64,000 nucleotides of DNA from an uncultured bacterium. GTDB taxonomy: Bacteria; Latescibacterota; UBA2968; GCA-2709665. Under the pieces are notes generated by a model. That model did not search any database. It saw nothing but the letters and a program-made list of their open reading frames with translations, and was not told the origin of the DNA. Position numbers and translations under genes: made by a program. Positions 26,866 to 36,585 of this stretch are shown here, piece by piece. Within the stretch, counting starts at the first letter, position 1, and the number at the start of each line of letters is the position of its first letter. The stretch spans positions 6,712 through 70,711 of the forward strand of contig CAZKDZ010000203.1 of assembly GCA_964551635.1 (NCBI GenBank). The letters are read 5' to 3'.

Positions 26866-28488
26866 ATGTCGACATTCAGCATAGACGGCAGTGAAATAGA
26901 GATCGTTCCAGGAAAGAACGTACTCCAGACGGCGATCGACAACGGAATATACGTTCCCCATTACTGTTACCACCCGGGGCTGAGCGCGCCGGCAAACTGC
27001 CGGATGTGCCTTGTGGAGATGGAGGTGGGCGGTCGACGCAGCCTCGGGCCTTCCTGCTCCGCCATGCCCGCCGAGGGTATGGTTGTGGATACTCAGTCCG
27101 ACGTCGTCAAGGAAAACCAGAATGCCGTGATGGAATTCCTGCTGGTGAACCATCCGCTGGACTGTCCCGTGTGCGATCAGTCGGGAGAGTGCGAACTGCA
27201 GGATTACAGCTACACCTACGGATCCGACAGAAGCCGGTTTCACGAGAAGAAGCTGGTGCAGCCCAAGAAAGACGTTGGCCGGCACGTGCTGCTGTATTCC
27301 GACCGGTGCATCCGGTGTACCCGCTGTATCCGGTTCTGCGACGAGGTTTCCGGAACGGGCGAACTGGGATACTTCAACAGGGGCGTCTATAACGAGATCG
27401 ACGTCTTTCCCGGGGAGCGGATGGACAATCGCCTGTCCGGCAATACGGTGGACATCTGCCCGGTAGGCGCGCTCCTGGACAAGTCGTTCCTTTTCAAACA
27501 GCGCGTATGGTTTCTGAAGTCGGTTGACACCATCTGCCCCGGATGCAGCGCGGGATGCAACATCCGGGCCGATTACAACAACGAACGGATCTACCGGCTC
27601 GTGCCGCGTCAGAATCCGGACGTGAACGAATACTGGATGTGTGACGACGGCCGCCACGGGTGGGGCTACGTGCATGGTGAGGACCGCCTGCTGTTTCCGA
27701 TGACGGGAAGAGGCGAGGAGCAGGAACTCTCGCTGTGGGAGGTCGCACTGGAGGCGGCAAGGGCGGGGTTCGAGCGCATTCGGACGGAATATGGCGACAG
27801 CGCCGTAGCGGGAATTGCATCGGCCTGCCTGACCAACGAAGAGCATTATCTGTTCGGCAGTCTCTTCCGAAACGGCCTGTCTGGCGGCCCGGTCGCGGTT
27901 CGCAGCCGGGTCAGCGACGAAGGCGACGTGGTGTTCAAGGGCGGATTCACCATCCGCGCGGACAAATCTCCGAATGCACGAGGCGCGCGGACCGTTCTCG
28001 AGGGTCTCGGGTTGACACTGACGGAGACCTCCGAAATCTGGCGCGGCGTGGCCGATGGCCGGATTCGGGGACTCTACCTGGTGGGCGGCGACCCGCAGGA
28101 GTCGCTGTCCGATGAGGAACAGGCGGCTCTCGCGTCCCTGGATTTCCTGATCGTTCAGGATGTTCAGTCCCGCACCTGGACGTCGATGGCGGACGTGGTT
28201 CTTCCGGGCGCTGCCTTTATCGAGAAAGAAGGGACCTTCACGAATGTCGACGGACGGGTGCAGCGGTTACGACAGGGGCTGGCGCCCGTGGGCGACGCAC
28301 GGCCGGATTGGGAGATCCTGCGGGACGTCAACCGGCTGACGGGGGGCGAGGCCCCGTACTCCGCGGTCGAAGACGTCATGGCCGACTTGTCGAATGCCAT
28401 CGCGGCCTTTAAAGGGATCAACTACGACCTTGTCGGTGACGGGGGCCGGCCGCTCGTTGAGATCGAGGCAGCCGGAACGGAACACTAG
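26866..28488 (+). CDS. nuoG: NADH-quinone oxidoreductase subunit G (short form)
   Basis: 540-aa ORF with N-terminal 2Fe-2S and 4Fe-4S cysteine clusters (CRMCLVEM, HPLDCPVCDQSGECELQ, CIRCTRCIRFC). Confidence 0.9.
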   Translation: MSTFSIDGSEIEIVPGKNVLQTAIDNGIYVPHYCYHPGLSAPANCRMCLVEMEVGGRRSLGPSCSAMPAEGMVVDTQSDVVKENQNAVMEFLLVNHPLDCPVCDQSGECELQDYSYTYGSDRSRFHEKKLVQPKKDVGRHVLLYSDRCIRCTRCIRFCDEVSGTGELGYFNRGVYNEIDVFPGERMDNRLSGNTVDICPVGALLDKSFLFKQRVWFLKSVDTICPGCSAGCNIRADYNNERIYRLVPRQNPDVNEYWMCDDGRHGWGYVHGEDRLLFPMTGRGEEQELSLWEVALEAARAGFERIRTEYGDSAVAGIASACLTNEEHYLFGSLFRNGLSGGPVAVRSRVSDEGDVVFKGGFTIRADKSPNARGARTVLEGLGLTLTETSEIWRGVADGRIRGLYLVGGDPQESLSDEEQAALASLDFLIVQDVQSRTWTSMADVVLPGAAFIEKEGTFTNVDGRVQRLRQGLAPVGDARPDWEILRDVNRLTGGEAPYSAVEDVMADLSNAIAAFKGINYDLVGDGGRPLVEIEAAGTEH

Positions 28489-28517
28489 GCAGCCCGGAAG
28501 GAACACCAGGCGCGCTA

Positions 28518-29558
28518 ATGGATTTTGCCATTGAGAGTACGGTCAAGATCGTTGTGGTATTCGGCGGGCTCATGGGTGCGGTTGCCTATCTCGTACTGGC
28601 GGAGCGGAAGATCAGCGCATATATACAGAACCGTCTGGGTCCGAACCGCGTTGGGCCATGGGGACTGCTCCAGCCGATTGCCGACGGTCTCAAGTTTCTC
28701 TTCAAGGAAGATGTAATTCCCCGGCACGTGAATCGCTTCGTCTACCTGGCCGCTCCACCCGCCATTCTCGTCCCCGCGCTCATGGGTTTTGCCATCGTGC
28801 CGTTTGGAGATTCCATTACCCTCTGGGGACGGGAGATCCGGCTGCAGATCGCCGATGTGAATATCGGCATTCTCTACCTCCTGGCACTGGCGTCGCTTGG
28901 GGTCTACGGGGTTGTGCTTGGCGGATGGGCGTCCAACAACAAGTATGCCCTTCTGGGCGGGCTGCGCGCGTCCGCCCAGATGATCAGCTACGAACTGGCG
29001 CTGGGGCTGTCGCTCATCGGCGTGCTGATGGCCGCGGGAACATTGCAGCTGGATGAAATCGTGAGGCAGCAGTCGGAACGGACGCTGCTCGGATTTCTGC
29101 CCGGATGGAACGTATTTGCGCAGCCGCTCGGGTTCGTGCTGTTCACCGCGGCTGCATTCGCCGAAAGCAACCGTCTGCCGTTCGATCTTCCGGAGTCCGA
29201 ACAGGAACTGGTGGCCGGTTACCACGCCGAGTACAGCAGTATGAAGTTCGCCATGTTCTTCATGGCCGAGTACGCCCACATGATCACGGCGTCGGCCGTA
29301 ATCGCCACGCTTTTCTTCGGCGGCTGGCATATGCCATGGCTTGTGGACCCCGGAAGTACCTCGATCGGCGCAAGTCTGCTCAAGGTACTTGCGTTTCTGG
29401 TCAAGACCGGATTCTTCATGTTTCTGTTCCTCTGGGTGCGCTGGACCCTTCCGCGTTTTCGATACGATCAGGTGATGTGGCTCGGTTGGAAGGTCCTGCT
29501 GCCGCTGGCGCTTCTGAACGTGTTCCTAACCGGTCTGTATCTGACGCTTACGAGCTGA
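28518..29558 (+). CDS. nuoH: NADH-quinone oxidoreductase subunit H
   Basis: 346-aa polytopic ORF with AERKISAYIQNRLGPNRVGPWGLLQPIADGLK and FAESNRLPFDLPESEQELVAGYH. Confidence 0.95.
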   Translation: MDFAIESTVKIVVVFGGLMGAVAYLVLAERKISAYIQNRLGPNRVGPWGLLQPIADGLKFLFKEDVIPRHVNRFVYLAAPPAILVPALMGFAIVPFGDSITLWGREIRLQIADVNIGILYLLALASLGVYGVVLGGWASNNKYALLGGLRASAQMISYELALGLSLIGVLMAAGTLQLDEIVRQQSERTLLGFLPGWNVFAQPLGFVLFTAAAFAESNRLPFDLPESEQELVAGYHAEYSSMKFAMFFMAEYAHMITASAVIATLFFGGWHMPWLVDPGSTSIGASLLKVLAFLVKTGFFMFLFLWVRWTLPRFRYDQVMWLGWKVLLPLALLNVFLTGLYLTLTS

Positions 29559-29583
29559 GGCGCGACGACCCGCGGGAGGGATA

Positions 29584-30111
29584 ATGGAGCAGACCTTCTT
29601 CTACGTATTTGCCGCAACCGCGCTGGTTGCGGCCGTACTCCTCGTCGCGTTTCGCAATCCGGTTTACAGCGCCCTGTCTCTGGTGGCCGCGTTCTTCGCC
29701 CTGGCAGGGCTTTTTGTCTTGCTGAATGCGTATTTCCTGGCGGCGGTCCAGATTATCGTGTATGCCGGCGCGATCATGGTACTCTTCCTGTTCGTGATCA
29801 TGCTACTGAACCTTGGTCATTCCGACACGCTCGAGCGTGTCGCGGGCAAATATCGGCGTGTCGCCGTCGTCCTGCTGGCCGCGGCACTGGTTGCGCAACT
29901 GGGCTTCATGGCGGGTCGGCGATGGGTCGGTCCGCCAGCGTCCGGTGACGCGCCTTTGTTTACCGACAATATCAATGTTATCGGCAAGATGCTGTATACC
30001 AGATATCTGTTTCCTTTTGAGGTGGTTTCCCTGATTCTGCTGGTTGCCCTGATCGGAGTGATGGTCATGGTCAAAGGGGATCGCGGGAGCGGAGAAAACC
30101 AAACCCGGTAG
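29584..30111 (+). CDS. nuoJ: NADH-quinone oxidoreductase subunit J
   Basis: 175-aa membrane ORF with VAFRNPVYSALSLV...AAVQIIVYAGAIMVLFLFVIMLL. Confidence 0.9.
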   Translation: MEQTFFYVFAATALVAAVLLVAFRNPVYSALSLVAAFFALAGLFVLLNAYFLAAVQIIVYAGAIMVLFLFVIMLLNLGHSDTLERVAGKYRRVAVVLLAAALVAQLGFMAGRRWVGPPASGDAPLFTDNINVIGKMLYTRYLFPFEVVSLILLVALIGVMVMVKGDRGSGENQTR

Positions 30112-30195
30112 GCGACGTGTCGACCGGACGCGAAAACCCGACCGTTTTTCGTTTTCGCGGCGAATTCATGCTGGACACTTACCTGTGAGATCGAA

Positions 30196-30501
30196 ATGGC
30201 CGTTCCGGTTTCCTATTACCTGATACTGAGTGCGATGCTTTTCGCCATCGGCGTGACGGGTGTGCTGATTCGCCGCAATGCGATCGTGATCTTCATGTGT
30301 ATCGAACTGATGCTGAACGCGGTCAATCTGCTGTTCGTGACGATGGCGCGTTATATGGGGTCCGGTTCCGGGCAGGTTTTCGTGTTTTTCGTGATGGCGG
30401 TGTCCGCCGCCGAGGTGGCGGTCGGACTGGCAATTATCATTTCGCTTTACAGGAACAGGCAGACATTGGACGTGGGTGAGGTGAATCTGTTGAAATGGTA
30501 G
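30196..30501 (+). CDS. nuoK: NADH-quinone oxidoreductase subunit K
   Basis: 101-aa ORF with [21 protein letters not shown] and [11 protein letters not shown]. Confidence 0.92.
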   Translation: MAVPVSYYLILSAMLFAIGVTGVLIRRNAIVIFMCIELMLNAVNLLFVTMARYMGSGSGQVFVFFVMAVSAAEVAVGLAIIISLYRNRQTLDVGEVNLLKW

Positions 30502-30557
30502 GCGGCGTGGGAATCCGGGGCGATGCGTTTTTTCCTTCTGATATGAATGGGCTTTAA

Positions 30558-32417
30558 ATGTTGACCGTAGTGATTCTGATCATTCTCTTTCCGCTCGCCG
30601 GCGCGGCCGTTAACGGTCTGTTCGGGTACCGGCTGCGTGAGGCGTCCGGATACATCGGCGCCGCGGCTGTGGGTCTGTCGTGGGTACTGTCTCTGCGCGT
30701 CCTGTTCTGGGTGATGGGCGGCGGAGAATTGAACGAAGACGTGTACGCGTGGATTGCGGCGGGGTCGTTCAAGGCCTCGGTGGGATTCCAGGTCGATGCC
30801 CTGTCGACGATCATGATCGTGACGGTTACGACAATCTCATTTCTGATTCACGTGTATTCCTTCGGGTATATGCGCAATGACCCGGGGTTTGCCAGATTCT
30901 TCGCCTATCTCAACCTGTTCGTGTTCTCGATGCTGGTTCTGGTACTCGCGAACAACTATCTGCTGATGTTCGTGGGTTGGGAAGGCGTCGGATTGTGTTC
31001 CTATCTCCTCATCGGCTTCTGGTACGAGCGGAAGTCCGCTTCAGACGCGGGCAAGAAGGCGTTCATCGTCAACCGGATCGGGGATTTCGGTTTCCTGCTT
31101 GGCATCTTTCTGATGGCGAGTTACCTGGGTACGGTACAGTACGCAGAGGTATTCGAAAAGGCGCCCCTGATGTTGTCCACGGGGGTTGCAACGGCGATTG
31201 CGCTGCTGCTCTTTCTGGGCGCCTGCGGCAAGTCTGCGCAGTTTCCGCTTTACGTCTGGCTGCCCGACGCGATGGAAGGCCCCACGCCCGTCAGTTCATT
31301 GATCCATGCGGCCACGATGGTCACGGCGGGGGTCTACATGGTGGCCCGTTCGAATGTGCTGTACACGCTCGCGCCCACCGCCGGGGCCGTTGTGGCCTGG
31401 ATTGGCGTCGCCACGGCGCTGCTGGCCGCGACCATCGCGCTGGTGAATACCGATATCAAACGCGTACTGGCCTATTCAACGGTCAGCCAGTTGGGATACA
31501 TGTTCATTGGCGTGGGAGTTGGCGCATATACGGCCGGAATCTTCCACCTGTTCACGCACGCGTTCTTCAAGGGATTGATGTTTCTGGCTGCCGGCAGTGT
31601 GATGCACGCGATGCAGGACGAACAGGATATGCGGAAGATGGGGGGGCTGCTGGGCAGGATGCGGATTACAGGCATTACGTTCTGGATAGGCGCACTCGCC
31701 ATCGCGGGAATTCCGCCGCTGGCCGGTTTCTGGAGCAAGGACGAAATCCTGGTGAGTGCCTACCGCTCCGGAAACGTGGCAATCTGGGCTCTGGGCGTCC
31801 TGGGTGCGGTCCTTACCGCGTTTTACATGTTTCGGCTGATCCTGATGACTTTTCATGGACAACCCCGGGACCAGCGCCTGTACGACCACGCTCACGAGTC
31901 GCCGGCGAGCATGACCGTCCCGCTGGTGTTTCTGGCGCTGGGATCGGCAGTCGTGGGCTTCGTGGGCGTGCCGCCGGGGCAGGGCTGGATCGATGCGTTC
32001 CTGAGCGAAACGGCCGGCGCGGCCCACCATGAGGTATCCGGAGGATTGTCGGGCGGAATGCTGGTGGGGATTTCCGTCCTTGCGGGGCTTTTGGGAATCG
32101 GGTTCGCATACCGGATGCACAGAGCAGGCCGGCTGGGAGCGGCATCCTCCAACGCCGTTCACGGTCTGCTGATACGCAAGTGGTACGTCGACGAGATTTA
32201 TCATGTACTCATCGTCCGGCCGATTCATCGGGTTTCGCTGGTACTGGCGCGGGTTCTGGATGCAATCGTGGTGGACGGGACCGCGAACGGGCTGGGTCTG
32301 CTGGTGAAGGGCGCAGGCTGGGTCGTTACCCGCTTTCAGTCCGGCAACGCGCCTACGTATGCGCTCTGGATGGTGATTGGCGTGGTCGCGGTGATCTACT
32401 ACGTCTCGGGGAACTGA
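30558..32417 (+). CDS. nuoL: NADH-quinone oxidoreductase subunit L
   Basis: 619-aa antiporter-like ORF with GWEGVGLCSYLLIGFWYE and KSAQFPLYVWLPDAMEGPTPVSSLIHAATMVTAGVY. Confidence 0.93.
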   Translation: MLTVVILIILFPLAGAAVNGLFGYRLREASGYIGAAAVGLSWVLSLRVLFWVMGGGELNEDVYAWIAAGSFKASVGFQVDALSTIMIVTVTTISFLIHVYSFGYMRNDPGFARFFAYLNLFVFSMLVLVLANNYLLMFVGWEGVGLCSYLLIGFWYERKSASDAGKKAFIVNRIGDFGFLLGIFLMASYLGTVQYAEVFEKAPLMLSTGVATAIALLLFLGACGKSAQFPLYVWLPDAMEGPTPVSSLIHAATMVTAGVYMVARSNVLYTLAPTAGAVVAWIGVATALLAATIALVNTDIKRVLAYSTVSQLGYMFIGVGVGAYTAGIFHLFTHAFFKGLMFLAAGSVMHAMQDEQDMRKMGGLLGRMRITGITFWIGALAIAGIPPLAGFWSKDEILVSAYRSGNVAIWALGVLGAVLTAFYMFRLILMTFHGQPRDQRLYDHAHESPASMTVPLVFLALGSAVVGFVGVPPGQGWIDAFLSETAGAAHHEVSGGLSGGMLVGISVLAGLLGIGFAYRMHRAGRLGAASSNAVHGLLIRKWYVDEIYHVLIVRPIHRVSLVLARVLDAIVVDGTANGLGLLVKGAGWVVTRFQSGNAPTYALWMVIGVVAVIYYVSGN

Positions 32418-32421
32418 ACCT

Positions 32422-33942
32422 ATGCCCGGACTCCTTACAGGCCTGATCTTTGTACCATTGATTGGCGGCGTGCTGGTCCTGCTGTTTGGCCGAGGCCGGG
32501 ACGGATTCAGCCGCGTGTTCGCTCTGGCAGTGGCATCTGTGAATTTGCTGCTGTCCTTTTTGTTGTACGCCGATTTCAGAGCAGGCGTTTCCGGGTTGCA
32601 GTTTGTGGAAAAGGTAGAGTGGGTGGGCCGGTTCGGCATCTCGTATTTCGTGGGAATCGATGGAATCAGTCTGCTGCTGGTACTCGTGACCACGCTGCTC
32701 ACGTTCCTGGCGATTCTCGCCTCCTGGTCGTCAATAACGTCCCGTGTGCGCGAGTACATGGCGTCCATGCTTCTGCTGGAAACCGGGATGGTGGGGGTGT
32801 TCTGTGCCCTGGACCTGTTCCTCTTCTACGTGTTCTGGGAGGCCATGCTGATCCCGATGATTCTGTTGATCGGCGTCTGGGGCGGTGAACGGCGGATCTA
32901 CGCTGCGGTGAAGTTCGTGCTGTTTACGCTGGCGGGCAGCCTGTTGATGCTCGTGGCGATCGTCTATCTCGGTCTCCAGTTCGGTACATTCGATCTGATG
33001 ATCCTTCAGAAGATGACCTATCTGCACCCGCAACAGCACTGGCTCTTCCTGGCGTTCTTCCTGAGTTTCGCCATCAAGGTCCCGCTGTTTCCGCTACATA
33101 CGTGGTTGCCGGACGCGCACGTCGAGGCGCCAACGGCCGGCAGCGTCATCCTGGCGGGGGTCCTGCTCAAGATGGGAACATACGGGCTGATCCGGTTCTG
33201 CCTGCCGCTGTTTCCTCTGGCCGCGCTGTACTTCACCCCTTACATCATGGCGCTCTCCGCGGTCGGCATCGTGTACGGCGCCCTGGTTGCGATGGTGCAG
33301 ACGGATATCAAGAAGCTGGTGGCCTATTCGAGTGTGAGCCACCTGGGCTTCGTGGTCCTGGGTATTTTTGCCATGAACGCCCAGGGAATGCAGGGTGGAA
33401 TCATCCAGATGGTGAACCACGGACTGTCCACGGGGGCGCTGTTTCTGATTGTGGGCATGATATACGAACGCCGGCATACCCGGCTGATCGCCGATTTTGG
33501 CGGACTGGCCAAATCCATACCGGTATTCGCCACCTTCTTTTTGATTACGACGCTTTCCTCCATCGGACTTCCCGGGCTGAACGGATTTGTGGGCGAGTTT
33601 CTGATCCTTCTCGGGACCTTCAAGGCAAGTATGGTTTATGGCATCATCGCCACGTCGGGTGTCGTCCTTGCCGCCGTGTACATGCTGTGGATGTTTCAGC
33701 GGGTGGTTTGGGGAGATATAAAGGACGAACGCAACCGGAAGCTGCCGGACCTGTCCATGCGTGAGTGGCTCATCCTGACGCCGCTGGTGGCGCTGATGTT
33801 CTGGATTGGCGTGTACCCGGGCGCGCTCCTGAAGAAAACCGAACTGTCCGCGAAGCTTGTGATAGAACAGGTGCGGATCCGGCAGATCGAAAGCCTGAAC
33901 GAACTCTTCGCGACGGTGCGAAAAGATGAGAAGATCAGATAG
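32422..33942 (+). CDS. nuoM: NADH-quinone oxidoreductase subunit M
   Basis: 506-aa antiporter-like ORF with FWEAMLIPMILLIGVWGG and KVPLFPLHTWLPDAHVEAPTAGSVILAGVLLKMG. Confidence 0.92.
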   Translation: MPGLLTGLIFVPLIGGVLVLLFGRGRDGFSRVFALAVASVNLLLSFLLYADFRAGVSGLQFVEKVEWVGRFGISYFVGIDGISLLLVLVTTLLTFLAILASWSSITSRVREYMASMLLLETGMVGVFCALDLFLFYVFWEAMLIPMILLIGVWGGERRIYAAVKFVLFTLAGSLLMLVAIVYLGLQFGTFDLMILQKMTYLHPQQHWLFLAFFLSFAIKVPLFPLHTWLPDAHVEAPTAGSVILAGVLLKMGTYGLIRFCLPLFPLAALYFTPYIMALSAVGIVYGALVAMVQTDIKKLVAYSSVSHLGFVVLGIFAMNAQGMQGGIIQMVNHGLSTGALFLIVGMIYERRHTRLIADFGGLAKSIPVFATFFLITTLSSIGLPGLNGFVGEFLILLGTFKASMVYGIIATSGVVLAAVYMLWMFQRVVWGDIKDERNRKLPDLSMREWLILTPLVALMFWIGVYPGALLKKTELSAKLVIEQVRIRQIESLNELFATVRKDEKIR

Positions 33943-33972
33943 ACTGAATCTGAAGTCGCGTGCGTTCGGCCG

Positions 33973-34488
33973 TTGCGCGGTGTGGCATGGAGGAAACCGG
34001 GTTTGAGAGTTCTGCTGAGTCTCGTCGTAATGTTGATCGGCGTCTGGCTCCTCTGGTCGGGCCGCTATTCGATCGAACATACCTATGTTTTCGTGCTGGG
34101 AATCGTCTCCTGCCTGGCGGTGGCAGGCATTGTCAGGCGGATGGGTATTGTCGATTCCGAGGGGCATCCCATCCATCTGGCAGTACGCGCAATCCTGTAC
34201 GTTCCGTGGTTGCTGCTTGCTATTGTACGGTCCAATATCGACGTGGCATTGCGAGTCCTGAACCCGCGCCTGCCGGTCACCCCCACAATGATCCGTACCA
34301 GGGCCAGCCAGAAAACCGCGCTGGGAAGGGTCATCTACGCCAACTCGATAACGCTCACTCCAGGGACGGTGTCGGTGGACGTGGAAGACGATCTTGTTCT
34401 GGTCCATGCGCTGTCGCAAGAGAGCGCGGAGGAACTCGCTGACGGCGAGATGGACCGGCGCGTCCGGGCCGTGGAGGGAGGATCCTGA
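33973..34488 (+). CDS. mrpE: Mrp/Mnh-type cation:proton antiporter subunit E
   Basis: 171-aa ORF with an uncertain start (TTG 33973, TTG 34003 or ATG 34030). The pattern is LWSG...IVRSNIDVALRVLNPRLPVTPTMIRT...ANSITLTPGTVSVDV. Confidence 0.75.
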   Translation: MRGVAWRKPGLRVLLSLVVMLIGVWLLWSGRYSIEHTYVFVLGIVSCLAVAGIVRRMGIVDSEGHPIHLAVRAILYVPWLLLAIVRSNIDVALRVLNPRLPVTPTMIRTRASQKTALGRVIYANSITLTPGTVSVDVEDDLVLVHALSQESAEELADGEMDRRVRAVEGGS

Positions 34489-34754
34489 TGTTTGCGGCGG
34501 CGATGGCGGCGATTCTGATCACGATGGTTCTCGCTCTGATTCGAGCGTTTGCGGGGCCGACGGTTTACGACCGTATCCTCGCCGCGAACATGTTCGGCAC
34601 CAAGATGATTCTCCTGATCGCGGTGCTTGGGTTTCTCACCGGCAGACCGGATTTTCTTGACCTTGCGCTGATTTACGTACTGTTGAACTTCATCGGAACA
34701 TTCGCCGTGCTCAAGTTCGTTCAGTACGGCGGTTTCGGGTCGGCTGACGGTTAG
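34488..34754 (+). CDS. mrpF: Mrp/Mnh-type antiporter subunit F
   Basis: 88-aa 3-TM ORF with LIRAFAGPTVYDRILAANMFGTKMILL. Its start overlaps the mrpE stop. Confidence 0.75.
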   Translation: MFAAAMAAILITMVLALIRAFAGPTVYDRILAANMFGTKMILLIAVLGFLTGRPDFLDLALIYVLLNFIGTFAVLKFVQYGGFGSADG

Positions 34755-34935
34755 AAGTTGTATTAAAATTCCCGGTGAGTCCCGAGCGGGAGCGAAAATG
34801 TGTCGGTCAAGGCGGGCAAATTCGCCCATATTTGTCTATACGGGTGGATTTGACCAACGCAGACCGACGCGTTTGCAGCCGCGCGAAGACCGCTGGGGGT
34901 TTTAATACAGCTTCTTAGAATGGAGAGTCCGCCAA

Positions 34936-35244
34936 ATGATGATCATCGACGTCGCCAGTTGGGCATGTCTGCTTCTGGGATCGTTCTTCTGCATCGTGGG
35001 CGGTATCGGGCTGCTCAGACTTCCCGATTTCTACAGCCGCATGCACGGCGCCGGAATTACCGATACGATGGGCGCCGGGCTTTTGCTCGCCGGACTGATG
35101 CTGCAGGGCGGACTCAGCATGGTTAGCGTCAAACTGTTTCTGATCCTCCTGCTGATTTTCCTGACCGGCCCCGCATCGACGCATGCGGTAGCAAAGGCCG
35201 CCTTCACCTCCGGGTTGAAGCCTCTGGATAACCGCCACCCATGA
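34936..35244 (+). CDS. mrpG: Mrp/Mnh-type antiporter subunit G
   Basis: 102-aa ORF with GGIGLLRLPDFYSRMHGAGITDTMGAG. Confidence 0.8.
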   Translation: MMIIDVASWACLLLGSFFCIVGGIGLLRLPDFYSRMHGAGITDTMGAGLLLAGLMLQGGLSMVSVKLFLILLLIFLTGPASTHAVAKAAFTSGLKPLDNRHP

Positions 35245-35813
35245 TCGAACTCATAGACATCGTTCTGCTGGCTTTCCTGGTCGCCACCGCCGTCGCCGTC
35301 GTTCTCATCCGCAACCTGCTCGCCTCCGTGATCCTGGCCGGCATCTTCAGCCTGCTTTCCGCGGGGTTGTTTACCGTGATGGACGCCGTCGACGTGGCTT
35401 TTACCGAAGCCGCCGTGGGAGCGGGCATCTCCACCGTATTGCTGCTGGGCACACTGGCGCTGACAACGCGTGTGGAGAGGAGACCCTCCCGGGTGTCGCC
35501 GCTTCCCCTTCTCGTGGTCCTGGCGACCGGGGCGGTCCTGATCTACGGAACGCTGGACATGCCGCGTTTCGGCGACGCCGGGGCGCCGGTACACACCCAT
35601 ATCGCGCCGGAATATCTCAAGGATTCGGTGCCGCACGTCGATGGTCCGGCGCAGCGCGTCGACGTTGAGAATATCGTAACTTCCGTCCTTGCCAGCTACA
35701 GAGGATACGATACGCTTGGAGAGACCACGGTGATCTTTTGCGCGGGTATCGGGGTATTGCTGCTGCTGAAGGGCTCCCGGCCGGGTCGCGGCCGGGAGGA
35801 GGAAGGCCGGTGA
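35241..35813 (+). CDS. DUF4040/MbhD-like membrane protein (corresponds to the MrpA C-terminal segment)
   Basis: 190-aa polytopic ORF with DAVDVAFTEAAVGAGISTVLLL. It shows 4-nt overlaps with both neighbours. Confidence 0.65.
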   Translation: MIELIDIVLLAFLVATAVAVVLIRNLLASVILAGIFSLLSAGLFTVMDAVDVAFTEAAVGAGISTVLLLGTLALTTRVERRPSRVSPLPLLVVLATGAVLIYGTLDMPRFGDAGAPVHTHIAPEYLKDSVPHVDGPAQRVDVENIVTSVLASYRGYDTLGETTVIFCAGIGVLLLLKGSRPGRGREEEGR

Positions 35814-36229
35814 AACATCAGATCATACCCAGGGTCATCGCCAAGCTGTTCATACCGCTGATCCTTCTGTTTGCGCTATACGTCCAGTTTCACGGCGATT
35901 TCGGGCCCGGTGGCGGGTTTCAGGCGGGTGTGATCTTTGCGGCGGCGTTTGTGCTGTACACGCTGATTTTCGGCCTGGACGAAGCGAAGCGCGTGGCCAG
36001 GCCCTCCGTCGTGGAAATCGTCATTGCCCTGGGCCTGCTCCTGTATGCCGTCACGGGGGTCGCGGGGATATTGAAGGGCGGCCGCTACCTGGACTACGGC
36101 GTGCTGGGATCGGATCCGGTGGGCGGCCAGCATCTGGGGATTCTGGTGATCGAACTGGGCGTGGGTATCACCGTGGCTTCGGTGATCATCGGAGTCTTCT
36201 TCGCCTTTGTCGGCAGGGCACGATCATGA
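35810..36229 (+). CDS. mrpB: Mrp/Mnh-type antiporter subunit B
   Basis: The likely GTG start at 35810 overlaps the previous stop (GTGA). The pattern is LYVQFHGDFGPGGGFQAGVIFAAAFVL. Confidence 0.75.
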   Translation: MKHQIIPRVIAKLFIPLILLFALYVQFHGDFGPGGGFQAGVIFAAAFVLYTLIFGLDEAKRVARPSVVEIVIALGLLLYAVTGVAGILKGGRYLDYGVLGSDPVGGQHLGILVIELGVGITVASVIIGVFFAFVGRARS

Positions 36230-36585
36230 CCGCGTTACCGGGTTTATATAACTATTGGATCGTCATCGTCCTGATGATGATCGGGTTCTACGCGGTGATC
36301 GCAAGCGGCAACCTGGTCAAGAAACTGATCGGCCTGAATATCTTTCAGACCTCGGTATTCCTGTTTTACATCACCCTGGGCAAGGTCTCCGGCGGAAGTG
36401 CGCCGATCATCGCGGAGGGGGTACGAAGCTACTCGAACCCACTGCCGCACGTGCTCATTCTCACCGCGATCGTGGTGGGCATCGCCACGACGTCTCTCGG
36501 GTTGGCGCTCGTGGTACGTATACAGGAAGCTTACGGCACAATAGAAGAACAGGAAATCTACGGTCAGGGTGAGGAGGCGCCCTGA
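36226..36585 (+). CDS. mrpC: Mrp/Mnh-type antiporter subunit C (NuoK-like)
   Basis: 119-aa ORF with NLVKKLIGLNIFQTSVFLFYI and LTAIVVGIATTSLGLALV. Confidence 0.8.
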   Translation: MTALPGLYNYWIVIVLMMIGFYAVIASGNLVKKLIGLNIFQTSVFLFYITLGKVSGGSAPIIAEGVRSYSNPLPHVLILTAIVVGIATTSLGLALVVRIQEAYGTIEEQEIYGQGEEAP